Source: Octopus sinensis (taxonomy: Eukaryota). Taken from it: a stretch of DNA of 64,000 bases. The notes beneath the pieces were generated by a model, which worked only from the letters and a program-made list of their open reading frames with translations, searched no databases and was not told where the DNA came from. The stretch is from NCBI RefSeq assembly GCF_006345805.1, contig NC_043009.1:11842001-11906000 (forward strand). Reading direction: 5' to 3'. Every line of letters starts with the position of its first letter. The stretch's first letter is position 1. A program made the translations under genes and the position numbers. Of the stretch, positions 13,818 to 27,391 are shown one piece after another.

Positions 13818-14930
13818 ATCACTTGACCGACCAGTCTATCAGATGTTGCTACACATCGCTGGTCACAATGCGTTCGCATTGTTTTAGCCTTCAAATGACA
13901 CCACCCTGCTGGCTAAGCAAGCAGGCCAATAGAAGAAAGAGTGGGTGAAAGAGTACAGCAGGGATCACCACCCCCTGCCGGAGCGTCGTGGAGCTTTTAG
14001 GTGTTTTCGCTCAATAAAAACTCACAACGCCCAGTCTGGGAATCGAAACCGCGATCCTGCGACCGCGAGTCCGCTGCCCTATGTACACCAACTAATAAGG
14101 CAGCAAGCTGGCAGAATTGTTAGCATATCTCAAATAAGGCAGTTAGCTGGCGGAATCATTAGCATGCTAAGCTAATTGCTTAGCAGCATTTTGTCAATCT
14201 TTATGTTCTGAGTTCAAGTTCTACTGAGGTTGACTTTGCCTTTCATCCTTTTAGGGTCGATAAAATAAGTACTAGTTGAGTACTGGGGTCAATGTAATTG
14301 ACTCATCCCCCCACTGAAAGTGCTGGCCTTGTGCCAAAATTTGAGAGTGATATATATCCCAAATAGCTTGACATTGACAAAGATATTTTACTAAATTCTT
14401 CATTGTTTTAAAAATTAATTGAAATGAAGCCTGTATATTTCTACAAAAAGATTTAAGTTAAAACTTTAGAAAAAACTTAGAAAGCTATACATATATATAT
14501 ATACATATATACGACGGGCTTCTTTCAGTTACCATCTACTGACACCCATCTTATATATATATATATATATGTATGTATGTGTATGTTTTTGTGTCTGTGA
14601 TTGTCCCCCCAACATCGCTTGATAACCGATGCTGGTGTGTTTATGTCCCCGTAACTTAGCGGTTCGGCAAAAGAGACCAATAGAATAAGTACTATGCTTA
14701 TAAAGAATATGTTCTGGGGCCGATTTGCTCGACTAAAGGCGGTGTTCCAGCATGGCCGCAGTCATAAGACTGAAACAAGTAAAAAGAGTATATGCTTTGT
14801 ATATGTGTCTATATTTCTTTGTCCAAGAATTGAGTGTTTGAGACCATTAGTGTGTCAGCTCTTCCTGTATGTATATGTAATAATTGTGTGTCTACTGTAT
14901 AAATAATAATTATTTACTTTCTTGTATCAG

Positions 14931-15009
14931 CCAAGCGACCCTGGTGATAAAACTGCTGGACAAATACACTATGAAAACCTTTGTATGAAGGCTGTAAATC
15001 AATCCATTG
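14931..15009 (+). CDS. DDX11: DDX11 coding exon
   Basis: Acceptor tttcttgtatcAG and donor GTAAGA. Encodes PSDPGDKTAGQIHYENLCMKAVNQSI(G); ENLCMKAVNQSIGR is helicase motif VI context of Chl1/DDX11. Phase 0 in, phase 1 out. Confidence 0.95.
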
Positions 15010-15394
15010 GTAAGATAAATATTTTGATATTTACATATATATTCTACTTTATATCATGGATGGGTACAGGTGTGGCTATGTGGTTAAGATGCTTGCTTTC
15101 CAACCATGTGGTCTTTGGTTCAGGCCCACTGTGTGGCACCTTGGGCAAATGTCTCCTACTATAGACCTAGGCAGACAAAAGTCTGGTGAGTAGTTTTTGG
15201 TAGATGGAAACTGAACGAAGCCTATTTTATATGTATGTATATGTGTGTGTGTGTGTGTATCTATTTATGTATAAATAGACTGACAAACAGATAGATAGAT
15301 AGATAGATCAAATTTATAGAACACAAAAGACGAAGGCAGGTGTAAGAACAACAAACAGGTGTATTAGTTTAAAGCTCTGGAAGAATGGAAAAGT

Positions 15395-15430
15395 CTTTTA
15401 CATTTCGAGCCTACGCTCTTCGACAGAAAG
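15395..15430 (-). ncRNA. Degenerate minimal hammerhead motif within Penelope-like fragment (about 15310-15460)
   Basis: On -: CTTT-CTGTCGA-A-GAGC-GTAG-GCTC-GAAA-TGTA-AAAG. The GAGC/GCTC stem II is the same as at 43255, and the core has A6->U. Confidence 0.45.
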
Positions 15431-15773
15431 GATTAAGAAGTAAAGAATGGAAAGAGAAAAATGTGCAGAGTTCAGTGGTCCATATGTAATATGTTTGTGT
15501 TTAGAGTTCACAGATGAGATCTCCCTTCTAATTCTTCAAATCTGTAATTTAAGTAAGTTTGCTGTATTAATATATAAATATATATATGTAAAAAGCACCC
15601 ACTACACTCTCGGAGTGGTTGGCATAAGGAAGGGCATCAAGCTGTAAGAAACTCTGCCAGATCAAGACTGGAGCCTGGTGCAGCCATCTGGTTTGCCAGT
15701 CCTCAGTCAAAATCGTCCAACCCATGCTAGCATAGAAAATGGACGTTAAATGATGATGATGATATATATATAT

Positions 15774-15828
<55 letters not shown>

Positions 15829-15949
15829 TTATATTTGAATGATAATCATCTGAAAATCTTTCAGTCTCTGCCTTTTCTTTATTCACATGTATAGATGTAT
15901 ATATATGCTGTATACGAAACCCAAGAAGTTTTATGTTTATTTGCTTCAC

Positions 15950-16130
15950 CGGTGCCACGTAAAAAGCACCCACTACACTCTCGGAGTGGTTGGTGTTAGG
16001 AAGGGCATCCAGCTGTAGAAACTCTGCCAGATCAAGATTGGAGCTTGGTGCGGCCGTCTGGTTCGCCAGCCCTCAGTCAAAATCGTCCAACCCATGCTAG
16101 CATGGAAAGTGGACGTTAAACGATGATGAT
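15950..16130 (+). mobile_element. SINE-C-type repeat ending in GTTAAACGATGATGATG
   Basis: Shared core GGTTGGCATTAGGAAGGGCATCCAGCTGTAGAAAC and (GAT)n tail. Copies at about 1860-2055, 2305-2775 (internal tandem duplications), 7790-8200, 12307-12405, 15590-15765, 19808-19945, 20980-21260 and 26238-26545. Confidence 0.8.
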
Positions 16131-16854
16131 GTCTTTATATATAGGTGTTTGTGTGTGTACCCTCGACTTGATATTGCATGATGGTTGTAAACAAGCATCA
16201 TCGTCATGCAAGTGATGTTGTTTATTTGTAATCTTCTGTGGAAAATATGTTTAGCCAGGGGGGAATATTACCTTGCTTGGAAACAGGTGAGGGTTATTTG
16301 AAGAGAAGTTAGGTGTTAGTAATACACAGCAGAGGGGAAAAGAGCATCTGGGGTATGAGGTATTCTGGCTTGCAAAGTAATGTGTCTGTGCAAGACCAAG
16401 GTTTACAGGATGATAGTGGCATACTTGCCATCAATGACACTGAGAAAGAATTAGGAAAATGCTACAACAAGAGATTGCAGAATGTGGATAATGATTGGGT
16501 GAGATAGGGATTACTAAGTAAACCCATCAGTGGGACAAGCTATGGAAGTTGACTACTATGTGGTTATTATAGGCTCCGGCAGGGGATGGTGGTGATCCCT
16601 GCTGTACTCTTTCACCACAACTTTCTCTCTCACTCTTACTTCCTGTTTCTGTTGAACCTGTATTTCAAGGGGCTGGCCTTGTCACTCTCTGTGTTACGCT
16701 GAATATCCCCGAGAACTACGTTAAGGGTGCACGTATCTGTGGAGTACTCAGCCACTTACACGTTAATTTCACGAGCAGGCTGTTCTGTTGATTCGGATCA
16801 ACCGGAACCCTCATCGTTGTAACCGACGGAGTGCTTCCATCCATCCATTATAGG

Positions 16855-17215
16855 CACTTTTAAGGACATGAAGACAGGGGAAATAGCTGAAATATCAGGG
16901 ATGGGTGCTGAGATTCTGAAAATATCTGATAAAGTAGGACAAGCACTTGTCATTTACATAGAGAAGCAGGGAGTACGGTGAAGTGTCTTATCCTAGGACT
17001 GGCATAGCAGTATCATCATCAACCACTGCAAAGGTAAAGCAGATGTTCTAAAAAAAGGGGACTACAGAAGCATCAAATTGATGGATCAGGTTCAGAAAGT
17101 AACAGAAGAAAGTTATAACACAAATGATTAGGGAGAGAATTGGTTTAGTTACAGTTGAGGTTTTCGCTGGGACAGGTCACTACTGTTACCCTTTTCTTAC
17201 TGAGACAACTGCTGA
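16855..17215 (+). pseudogene. Degenerate RTE-clade reverse transcriptase fragment
   Basis: Pieces MKTGEIAEISGMGAEILK, DWHSSIIINHCKGK and DYRSIKLMDQVQKV resemble the RTE RT N-terminal region. Confidence 0.6.
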
Positions 17216-17789
17216 GTAGGTCTTTGACAAGGTCTCATGCTCTTTAGTCTGGTGGTCTCTAAGAAAATTGGCCAATAGAACAAGTGCCAGGCTTTAGAAA
17301 ATCTATGAGCGGTGGTGCCCCAGCATGGCCGCGACCTTCGGGCTGAAACATTTTTAAGGATTTAAGGATATAGAAACCGATTAGATAGTGGAGCAAATAT
17401 ATGTCTAGACACTGGCTGTCACATTGCACCTGCTATTGTTAACCACTGCTTGCTGGAGTATCTAGTATGTTCTTCAGTCAGAGGGTAACTGGAGCAACTA
17501 ATATGTGGGTTTCACCTAGTTGTTCACCCAGCTAGCTGTGTAACCATTGTTGCTGCTCAATAAGGGCTCTGACCTGGGGGCTTGCATAGCAAAAAATATG
17601 ATAATGCAGGGCAGTTGCAGCAAGGGACCTCATGCGTAAGTAATAATTGACTTGCAAAGTGATTGAAGTGTTTAGCTTGTATAGGGATTACGACGGGTGT
17701 TAATGCTGAAGGTTTTTAAGATGGTTGGCGGGGGTTAAGTGAATGGCAAAGAATTCAAAAGGAGCTAGAGTGGGTGATGGTGACAGCAG

Positions 17790-18150
17790 TGAAGGTGGAA
17801 GTGGTGGTGGTGGCAGCGGTGGTGATAGTGGTGGTGGTGGTGATAGTGGCGGTGGTGATGGTGGTGGTGGTGGTGGTGACGGTGGTGGTGGTGGTGGTGG
17901 TGGTGGTGACGGTGGTGGTGGTGGTGACAGCTGCTATGGTGATGATGGTAGCAGTGGCGTGGTGGTGGTGGCAGCGGTGGTGATAGTGGTGGTGGTGGTG
18001 ATGGTGGCGGTGGTGATGGTGGTGGTGGTGGTGACGGTGGTGACGGTGGTAGGTGGTGTTTGTACATAGTTTTTGAGAGGTCTGAAATGGAATTCTTGTT
18101 TTTGGTAGATGGTAGGTGGTGGTAGATGGTAGTGGTAGGTGGTGATGATA
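17790..18150. repeat. (GGT)n trinucleotide-rich tract
   Basis: Directly visible; explains the poly-G, poly-V and poly-H ORFs. Confidence 0.9.
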
Positions 18151-21100
18151 TGGAATGTCTGCAGATTGGGGTTATCACAAAAGAAAAGAAATAATTTGCA
18201 TCGTAAAAAACAAAAAAAAATGGTACCCCCAGCTCCTTATGGAATGGCGTAAGTGTTATTGCACAGACATATCATTATATGTCTGTGTGCATTGTTGCAT
18301 AGTTCTGTCTGTTTGTCTATGTCACTGGGTTTTGCCTTTTTTTTTCTTTGTTTTATTTGTGTCATATGAATGTGTGTGTGTATGTGTGTGTGTCTCCCTG
18401 TGTGTGTCTGCATGTCTTTTTTCTGTCATGAATGCATGTGTGTGTGTGCGTGTCTGTGTGTGTCTGTGTGTGCGTGTGTGTCTGTGTGTGCGTGTGTCTG
18501 TGTGTGCGTGTGTCTGTGTGTGCGTGTGTCTGTGTGTGCGTGTGTCTGTGTGTGCGTGTGTGTCTGTGTGTGCGTGTGTCTGTGTGTCTTTGGTGCTTGA
18601 AGTGATAGCAGCAGATGTTTGGTCTGCAGAGCTTTATCTTCTGTTTATAACATTAGTAGTAGAGAGGGAGGCAGGAGAGAGAGAGAGAGAGAGAGAGAAG
18701 ATTGTGTGTGTGTGTGTGGATGTGGATGGGTGAGGGAGAGGTATGGAGGGTGTGAGAAAAAAAGGGGATGGGACAAGAGTGTGTTTGTATACTTGTATGA
18801 CAGAGAGGAGATAAGTAGAAGGTACAAGAAAAGAGGGGGTCAAGAGCCTCTCAATGTGTGTGTGTGTGTGAAAGGGGGAGGAGAGATGCGAAGAGTGCGA
18901 GAACTGCGGGGTGGGGGATGGGGCGCGAAATAGGTGGGGTTAAGGGGTGTGAGAGAAAAAGTACGGGGAGGGCAAGAAAGGGTGTTTATGTGTGTGTATG
19001 TGTTTGTGTCTGTTGGTGATCTAGACAGAGAAATAGTAAACAGGGTGCAGAAAGTAGAACCCCAAACCCCGACATTTGTTCTTTAATTAATACCACTTTA
19101 AAGAATCTCTGTTTTGTTCTAGTCTCTTGTAGTTCCAGTCAGCGCTGCTGCTGCTCGTGATACCCACCACTGCTCCTGTCTGCTTGGCTGGTTGGCCCCT
19201 TGTCTAATACCTTCCACCCGTTCATTTTTGATCGCAATAATTTCATTATGACAGCAATTGTTTAACCCCAGGTCAGCCCTTATCCAGTAAACCCATAATC
19301 AAAGATGTTTTAACCATGACCTGCCTCCTTAAACATTCAGATTACTCTGACCGATATTGTTTGTTCCTTCTCGTGCCATGCCTGGCTCATAAGGGCCGGT
19401 ATCCCGGTTTCCTTGGCGTATAGGTTCCCCACCCGGACGGGACGCCGGTCCGTCGCAGGTGAGCTTCAAGATACAGGAGGAAAGAGTGAGAGAAAGTTGT
19501 GGCGAAAGAGTCAGCAGAAGTTCACCATTACCTTCTGCCGGAGCCGCGTGGAGCGTAGGTGTTTCGCTCATAAACACACACATCGCCCGGTCTGAGATTC
19601 GAACCCACGATCCCTCAACCGCAAGTCCACTGCCTTAACCACTAGGCCATGTGCCTCTCTGACCAATACAATGCTTATTTATTTACATTCACTTTATTTT
19701 GAACTAATCATGTATTATCTTGTAGCTCTGAGATTTCAATGATGAGGCTGTATATTTTTAGGATGATATTGTAGGGTGTGTAAGAGGCCAGATCTGGTTG
19801 GTGTGACCATCATCATCATCATCGTTTAACGTCCGCTTTCCATGCTATCATGGGTCGGACGACTTGACTAAGGACTGGCGAACCAGATGGCTGCACCAGG
19901 CTCCAATCTGATCTGGCAGAGTTTCTACAGCTGGATGCCCTTCCTAATAAAAGAGTTAGAATATCTGGGCTGGATAAGGCTGGTTTAAATGCTGAAGAGC
20001 TTAAGACTACCTTATCTGATGTAACTTTCCTCCTTTTGAAACAAATTTTAGGTGTGATTTGAGCAAAATTTAGCTGCTATTTCTAGGACATTGATCCATC
20101 ATTTAAAATCATGTAGGATAATCACTCAAGACAGTGGTGGATGGTGATGGTGATGATGAGGACAGCAGGAGATGGTGGTAGTGCCAGTTAAGGCGGCGAG
20201 CTGGCAGAACCGTTAGCAAGCCAGGTGAAATGCCTAGCTGTATTTCGTCTGCCGCCACGTTCTGCGTTCAAATTCCGCCGAGGTCGGCTTTGCCTTTCAT
20301 CCTTTCGGGGTCGATTAAATAAGTACCAGTTATGCACTGGGGTCGATGTAATCGACTTAATCCATTTGTCTGTCCTTGCTTGTCCTCTCTGTGTTTAGCC
20401 CCTTGAGGGTAGTAAAGAAATAGGTAGTGCCAGTTACATTGATAGTCTTAGTGGTGCAATAATTGATAAAAGTTAACACTCTTTGAAGGTGTCATAGACA
20501 GAGTAATAGTTATCATTGTGGGGTAAGTAGTGGTGGTAGTGATGGTGACAGTTGTTATTTATCCCACAGGTCAGTTCTGGTTGAGACAACCTATGCTTAT
20601 ATGATATGATGCAATGAAAGGCATTCTAGCTTTGATCATCTTGTCTTATTTTCCGGCATTTTGTATCATGGTTGACATCTAATGTTTTGTGGGGGGGGGG
20701 TTATGGTATGGTGTAATTTGAGTGAATTTTAACACTATTTATAACAAGTTGAGTGACCATGTTGAGGTTTCCTCATCAGGTTATCTAATCTTATGTGTTT
20801 TGGGGGTTTTGAATTTTTGATGGTTTTGTGGGAGTTGAGAAAATTTGGCTGTTATTTCTAGCAAGCTGATTGACCTTTTTTTTTTTTTAATCTTTTTTTT
20901 TGTTTCAGTCATTGGACTGTAGCCATGTTGGGGAGACCATCTTGAAGGGTTTTGTCAAACAAATCACTCCCAGAACTTATCATCATCATCATCATTTAAC
21001 ATCCGCTTTCCATGCTAGCATAGGTTGGACGATTTAACTGAGGACTGGCAAACCAGATGGCTGCACTAGGTTCCTTCTTGATCTAGCAGAGTTTCTACAG

Positions 21101-21989
21101 CTGGATGCCCTTCCTAATGCCAACCGCTCCGAGAGTGTAGTGGGTACTTTTACGTGCCACCGGCACGAGGGCCAGTCAGGCAGTACTGGCAACGACCACG
21201 CTCAAATGGTGTTTTTTGTGTGCCAGCTGCACAGGAGCCAGTCCAGCAGCACTGGTAACAAATTTAGTACTTCTTCTGTTGGTCTCTTTTGTTGAACCAC
21301 TAAGTTACATGGACGTAAACAAACCACTGTCGATTCCATATCATCATCATCGTCATTTCTTGAATTTCATTCTCTATGCTGGCATGGATTGGATGGTTTG
21401 ACCGGAGCTGGTAAGCTGAGGGGCTGCATGAGGTTCCAGTCCGATATGGCATGGTTTCTACAGCTGAATGCCCGTGTTAATGCCAACCCTTTACAGAGTG
21501 TACTGGGTGCTTTCTACGTGGCACTGGCTTGGGTGCTTCTACATGATGTTGGCACACGGCTCTTACAGACAATTCCTCTTTAACAGGGGGAGCGGTATTA
21601 ACGAGTGGAGACGCAATGGCCCAGTGGTTAAGGCAGCGGACTCGCGGTCGGAGGATTGTGGTTTTGATTCCCAGACCGGGCGTTGTGTGTGTTTATTGAG
21701 CGAAAACACCTAAAGCCCCACAAGGCTCCAGCAGGGGGTGGTGGCGACCCCTGTTGTACTCTTTCGCCCCAACTTTCTCTCACTCTTTCTTCCTGTTTCT
21801 TGTCCCCGACTTCCTACGCAACCGCTGAGCCTGGATGTACATTCATCCATCCGTCAATGCTCTCGGTGTCAGGGGTTGACCTGCTTTCTCTTCTGCGGGT
21901 CTTACGAATAGCAAAGGACCATGTTTCAGACTTCTCCCACTACAGAGACGTGATCTTGCGAGCTCTGGGATGAAGACCGCTTCGCTCAA

Positions 21990-22260
21990 CAGCAGCATTA
22001 ACACTTTTGCTAGGTCTTCTTGTATACAGTAAGGTACCAGATATCTTGGTCTTTTGTCATCTTTTCCATAAATGTCAGTGTCTTGAGAATGTCCTTCAGT
22101 CCTTCATCCCATGTCTTCCTGGGACTCCCTCTTCCATGTGTTCCATCCACTTTGAGTGATCAGTGCTTCTCTATGGAGCTCTCTATACCCATCTACATCA
22201 CATGACCAAACCACTGCAGTCTTTTCTCTTACATACTGCATCTAATTCCACTTATGCAGC
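21990..22260 (-). pseudogene. RTE-clade LINE 3' coding remnant
   Basis: RLQWFGHV..., GTHGRGSPRKTWDEGLKDILK (WFGHV and RGRPRKTW motifs). Confidence 0.6.
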
Positions 22261-22935
22261 TGCTATACTGAGTGTACCAAGTACAATTTTTGTGGACCCC
22301 AGCACTAGTGGGGTCACTCAGTAATATGCAAGATAAGACTTCTTCATAGAGTGATTGCGCAGTGTTGAGAAAGGTGGATTGTACCAGGTGTAGAGAGGCT
22401 AAAGTAGGAAAGACAGACTGGAATAGGGGTTTTCCTGTAGTGGAAATATATGTGCACATAAGCAGGAAAAGGAGACAGGGTAGTGGAGATGACTTATCAG
22501 GGCATACCTTCAAGGTGCATAGAGAAAGAATAGGAATGGGGGTCGAAAGTTAAGGATGGTTTTGTGGCTAAGTGAAGGATACAGTGAATGTTGATGGCAT
22601 TGAGAAGCCTACAGAAAAGTGTTTGGACTAAAGAATTGGATATGCTTTTTCTTGCTGAATTTAAACCCAGCAGTCAGTTTCTGTCATTACATTTGAAAAT
22701 ATTTCATAGAACTTTTGACGGGGTTTCAATGCAGTCCACATAGTTTGCTAGAAATACTGACTAGCTTTGTCTCAAATCACATCCTACAGTCTAATAAAGG
22801 GACGCATTTAAAACTGTCATTATAGTTACACTGAAAGACTGGATGGTCATGGATGGGATGCTTTTGATAATAGATCTGCTCAATCTGGGGTTATGCAATA
22901 AAGTAATTTTCTGTTTTACTTCATGTTCTCTACAG

Positions 22936-23087
22936 GTCGTGCCATTCGTCATCAGAATGACTACGCAACTGTCCTGCTTTTAGACAGACGCTATCAAAAA
23001 CCAAGTGTGGCTGCCAAACTGCCCGGGTGGATACAAAAAGATGTGAAGAACAAAAACTTTGGTCCAGCTGTTGCGGCTATATCAAAG
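22936..23087 (+). CDS. DDX11: DDX11 coding exon
   Basis: Acceptor ttctctacAG and donor GTATGT. Encodes [51 protein letters not shown] (GRAIRH..DY...LLD.RY, KLP.WI typical of DDX11). Phase 1 in, phase 0 out. Confidence 0.95.
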
Positions 23088-23288
23088 GTATGTTTCTTTC
23101 CATGTGTTCTTGGACATCCTATTGTGTTGAGAACAATAGAGGATTAATAGTTGAAGCGTGGTGTTGTAATTTTCTTACCAGACACCATAAAGAAAGTTGG
23201 TTTCACAGCAGTTGTAATTTAAAATATAATCAAAGTTCTCTCTCTTTCTCTGGCTCTCTCCTCTCCTCTTTCTTTATCTCTTCCCCTG

Positions 23289-23334
23289 TGTGTGTGTGTA
23301 TATATGTATGTGTGTGAATATATATATGTATGTA

Positions 23335-23389
<55 letters not shown>

Positions 23390-23695
23390 ATGTATGTATG
23401 TGTATATATATATATATGTATGTATGCATATATATATGTATATCTATGTATGTGTGTGTATATATATTGTATATGTATGTGTGTGTGTGTATATATATGT
23501 ATGTGTGTGTGTATATATATATATGTGCATGTATGATATATGTATGTGTGTATATAAATGTATGTATGTGTGTGTGTATATATGTATGTGTGTGTGTATA
23601 TGTATGTGTGTGTATATGTATGTATGTGTGTGTATATATGTGTGTGTGTGTGTGTATGTATGTGTATGTATATATGTATGTATATATATATATAA
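23289..23695. repeat. (TG/TA/TATG)n compound microsatellite
   Basis: Directly visible. Confidence 0.95.
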
Positions 23696-24444
23696 AACTA
23701 TAAATCACATCACATCTGTCCAACATATTACAAGAAGGTAAATGAAGCCAAACTTTCAAAATTCATTTCACATTCATTTAAAAGCACCGTTTTCATTAAA
23801 TGTCTGGATATCAGACGAATTTTTCATAACTGCTTGCTTGTCTTTAATATAATAAATATTAAGTTTCCAAATATGCTGATTATCCTGTGGAATTTCCACG
23901 AGTCCTGCTCGTTATCATTATTGCTATAATTATCTCTAGAACTTTATTGATATTGATCTAGGTTTGGCTGTGTGGTAAGAAGCTTGCTTCCCAACCACAT
24001 GGTTCCAGGTTCAATCCCATTGCATGGCACCTTGAACAAGTGTCTTCTACTATAGCCTCGGGCCAACCGAAACCTTGTGAGTGGATTTGGTAGATGGAAA
24101 CTGAAAGAAGCCTTTTGTATATGTGTGTGTGTGTTTGCGCATGTGTTTGTCCCCCACCATTGCTTGATAACCAGTGTTGGTTGGTTTACATCCCTATAAC
24201 TTAGCAGTTCAGCAAATGAAACCAATAGAATATGTACCAGGGTTAAAAAAAAGACTACTGTGGTTGATTCATTCAACTAATAACTTTTCAAGGCGGTGCC
24301 CCAGCATGGCCACAGTCTAATGACTGAAACAAGTAAAAGATTAAAGATACTGCACCTATTTTTTCACCTTTGATTATTATGTACATTCCTTGTTTTGTTT
24401 TTACCTACTCGTTTTTATTTTTATTTATTTATTTATTTTTTTAG

Positions 24445-24486
24445 TTCTTTGCTTCCAAAAACGAAACCAAAATTGTCCAGAACTGA
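24445..24486 (+). CDS. DDX11: DDX11 terminal coding exon (FFASKNETKIVQN*)
   Basis: Long T-rich acceptor ending ttttttAG, phase 0 matches the previous exon, TGA at 24484-24486. The short FF..K tail resembles DDX11 C-termini, and AATAAA lies about 110 nt downstream. Confidence 0.8.
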   Translation, partial: FFASKNETKIVQN

Positions 24487-24596
24487 CACATGTACAGAAA
24501 TACATCATCATAATCATGTTCTTCATCCCTGTCACCATCCCATCTCTTTGGCTATCATCATCATTACCGTTGGCTGTTTTGTTATTCTTTAATGGA

Positions 24597-24602
24597 AATA
24601 AA
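24597..24602 (+). terminator. Putative polyadenylation signal of DDX11
   Basis: First AATAAA after the predicted stop codon. Confidence 0.55.
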
Positions 24603-24905
24603 AACCATTTTTTTAATCAACAGATTGTGTTTATGTTGTTCTCATTAACAGAACTATGTTAAATGTAATTTATATATTGTTTAATTGATTTCAATATAGG
24701 TACAGGAATAACAATATGGGGGGAAAAAGCTCGCTTTGGCAATCATGTGACTTTGCCTTTCATTTCACATGGGAGTGTCTTCTTCTATAGCCCCAGGCTG
24801 ACCAATGCCTTGTGAGTGAATCTGAAATTTAGTATGAGAAAATTGCGAGGAAGCCCTTCATGTATGTGTATGCATATGTATGTATATCTATATATATATA
24901 TATAT

Positions 24906-25413
24906 ACTAGCAGTATCGCCCGGCGTTGCTCGGGTTTGTAAGGGAAATAACTATATAAGCATTTTTAGAGAGTTACTTCCCTTATAAATTCGGGCTTTCT
25001 TAGCCATTTTTGTTTTGGTGTCTTCAAGCCATGAAGTTGTTGTTCTAAAAGAACGCTGGTTTCCTTCACAACGCATTACGACGTTGATTTCTTTACACTC
25101 CCTTCCCCACAGCTTCACGAGGGAGGGAAGGAGGAGAAGCAAACAGGTGCAGCTGTGAGCGTGGACGCCAACTCCGCCGCCATCGACATACGATGCATTT
25201 TATGCATTAAAATGGAATAAAAAATGATGTCAAATTATTTTTAAAATCGTAGACTCATCGTTGACGCGCGCTAATAGTCAGACGGGCTTGATATGAATCA
25301 CGACTATAAGATACCCGAATTTGGTTAAACTGCACCGCAAAATGTGGGAGGAGTTAGGAATCTAAATCGAAGGGGACAGACACTCACACAACTAGAGTTT
25401 TATATATATAGAT
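24906..25413 (+). mobile_element. Non-autonomous Helitron/Helentron-like element
   Basis: Starts ACTAGCAGTATCGCCCGGCGTTGCTCGGG and ends ..TTATATATATAGAT inside (TA)n. These termini resemble Lep1/HINE-type elements from memory. Confidence 0.45.
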
Positions 25414-25651
25414 ATGTATAAAAAATATATATAAAAATACAAAATGGGACAAGAACGCAAAACACTCAAATACACGACATAAAAAACAGACGGGTCATTC
25501 GAAGCCTCTAATCTTCAGTCAAGAACCGGATCATCCTCGCAATTTCGGCTGATTAATCTTGAGGTCGCTCCAATCCGGCCAGCCCCAAGGAAAAACTAAG
25601 TTATGACCATTAGATTCCTTGGAAAAAGGATCGAATGTATACGAAACAAGG

Positions 25652-25858
25652 AGGGCGTCCCAGAAGTCGCGCACCATCCTGGTTTTTTAAAAGAATACAG
25701 CCTTATTGATTTCAAAAACACTTTATTGAAATTAATCGTAACAAATGCTCAAATTGAGCACCCTCTGCAATAAAACATGCCAAAAAAATCTAATAAAATA
25801 AAATGCTTTAATAATTTTAAATGAAAACCGGAATGGTGCGCGACTTCTGGGACACCCT
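25652..25858. mobile_element. About 205-bp Tc1/mariner-type MITE
   Basis: About 33-bp TIRs GGGCGTCCCAGAAGTCGCGCACCATCC / GGAATGGTGCGCGACTTCTGGGACACCC, with TA at the right end. Confidence 0.7.
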
Positions 25859-25877
25859 ATATATATGAGTGTGTGTG

Positions 25878-26215
25878 AAGGCGCATGGCTCTATGGTTAG
25901 AGTGTTGAGCTTACGATCATGAGGTTGGGATTTCGAATCCCGAACCAGGCTGCGTGTTGTGTTCTTGAGCAAGACACTTTATTTCACATTGCTCTAGTTC
26001 ACTCAGCTGTAGAAATGAATTGCAATGTCACAGGTGCCAAGCTGTATCGGCCCCTTTGCCTTTCCCTTGGATAACACTGGTGGTGTGGAGAGGGGGAGGC
26101 TGGTTGTCATGGGCAACTGCTGATCTTCCATAAACAACCTTGCCCGGACTTGTGCCTGGGAGAGTAACTTTCTAGGTGCAATCCCATAGTCAGTCATGAC
26201 CAAAGGGGGTCTCAG
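25878..26215 (+). mobile_element. SINE-E (tRNA-like head, TCACTCAGCTG core)
   Basis: tRNA-like head GGCGCATGGCTC..TTCGAATCCC. Partial antisense relatives at about 10380-10520 and 26700-26830. Confidence 0.55.
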
Positions 26216-26944
26216 CATCAGCAGCATATATATATATCATCATCATCATCGTTTAACGTGTTTTCTGTGCTAGCACAGGTTGGACGGTTCGACTGGGGTC
26301 TGGGAAGCCAGGAGGCTGCACCAGGCTCCAGTCTGATCTGGCAGTGTTTCTACTGCTGGATGCCCTTCCTAATGCCAACCACTCTGTGAGTGTGGTGTGT
26401 GCTTCTTACATGCCTCCGGCACAGTTGCCAGGGGAGGCTGGCAGCGGCCACGATCAGTTGGTGCTTTTTACGTGCCACCGGCACAGAAGCCAGACAGGGC
26501 GGCGCTGGCATCGGCCACGTTTGGATGGTGCTTTTTACGTGCCATATATATATATATGACTGGCACTTCATTGGTTACAAGGACGAGGGTTCCAGTTAAT
26601 AAGTCAATGGAACAACCTGCTCATAAAATTAACATGTAAGTGGCTGAACACTCCACAGACACATATACCCTTAACATAGTTGTCAGGGAGATTCAGCATG
26701 ACACAGAATGTGACAAGGCTGGTCCTTTAAAATACAAGTACTACTTATTTTTGCCAGCTGAGTGAACCGGAGCGAGGACACATTGCGCCACTGAGAATCA
26801 GACTCACAACATTACAACTGTGAGCCAGATATAGATACACACACACACTCACACATATATATATATGTGTGTGTGTGTATCTATGTATATGCACATGCTG
26901 GACTTCTTTCAGTTTTCCCTTTACCAAATCTATTGATATAGGTT

Positions 26945-27080
26945 TAGTTGACCTAGCATCACTAACCCTAACCCTAAAACAGATTGAAATGCAATAGATC
27001 GATACTGGGGTCATAATTATGGGTGACAATTTCATGACACCGCTAGAAAAAACTGCCATTCAAACCGAAAGGATCCTATT
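26945..27080. mobile_element. Truncated copy of the same MITE
   Basis: One TIR (..AACTGCCATTCAAACCGAAAGGATCC) plus the CTAACCCTAACCC part of the body. Confidence 0.7.
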
Positions 27081-27350
27081 TGCTCAATGTAACATACGAT
27101 AGAACTGAAGCTAAGACCACATTGTTGGAAAGCAAGATTCATACTTATATATATTTATGAATCTATATGAACGAGTATAAATTCAAACTCTGCTTTTGAC
27201 ATCTTATTTGATATAAATTTGCGTTCATTTACTGATATATCTTAGTGATGTTTTTATTTATATTGTATCTGCATGAGCACATGGGACAAAATATGTTCAG
27301 AGATCGGGGAAAGCTATTTTTCAATTTCACTTCATGTTTCAATCACTTTA

Positions 27351-27389
<39 letters not shown>

Positions 27390-27391
<2 letters not shown>

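Noticed and set aside
17743-18178. Poly-Gly, poly-Pro and poly-His ORFs
   Set aside because: (GGT)n microsatellite, open in several frames, inside a DDX11 intron.
25470-25600. CTGAAGA and CCGAAA motifs on - suggesting another hammerhead
   Set aside because: The motifs are in the wrong order or lack pairing stems I and II. At most this is a decayed Penelope fragment.
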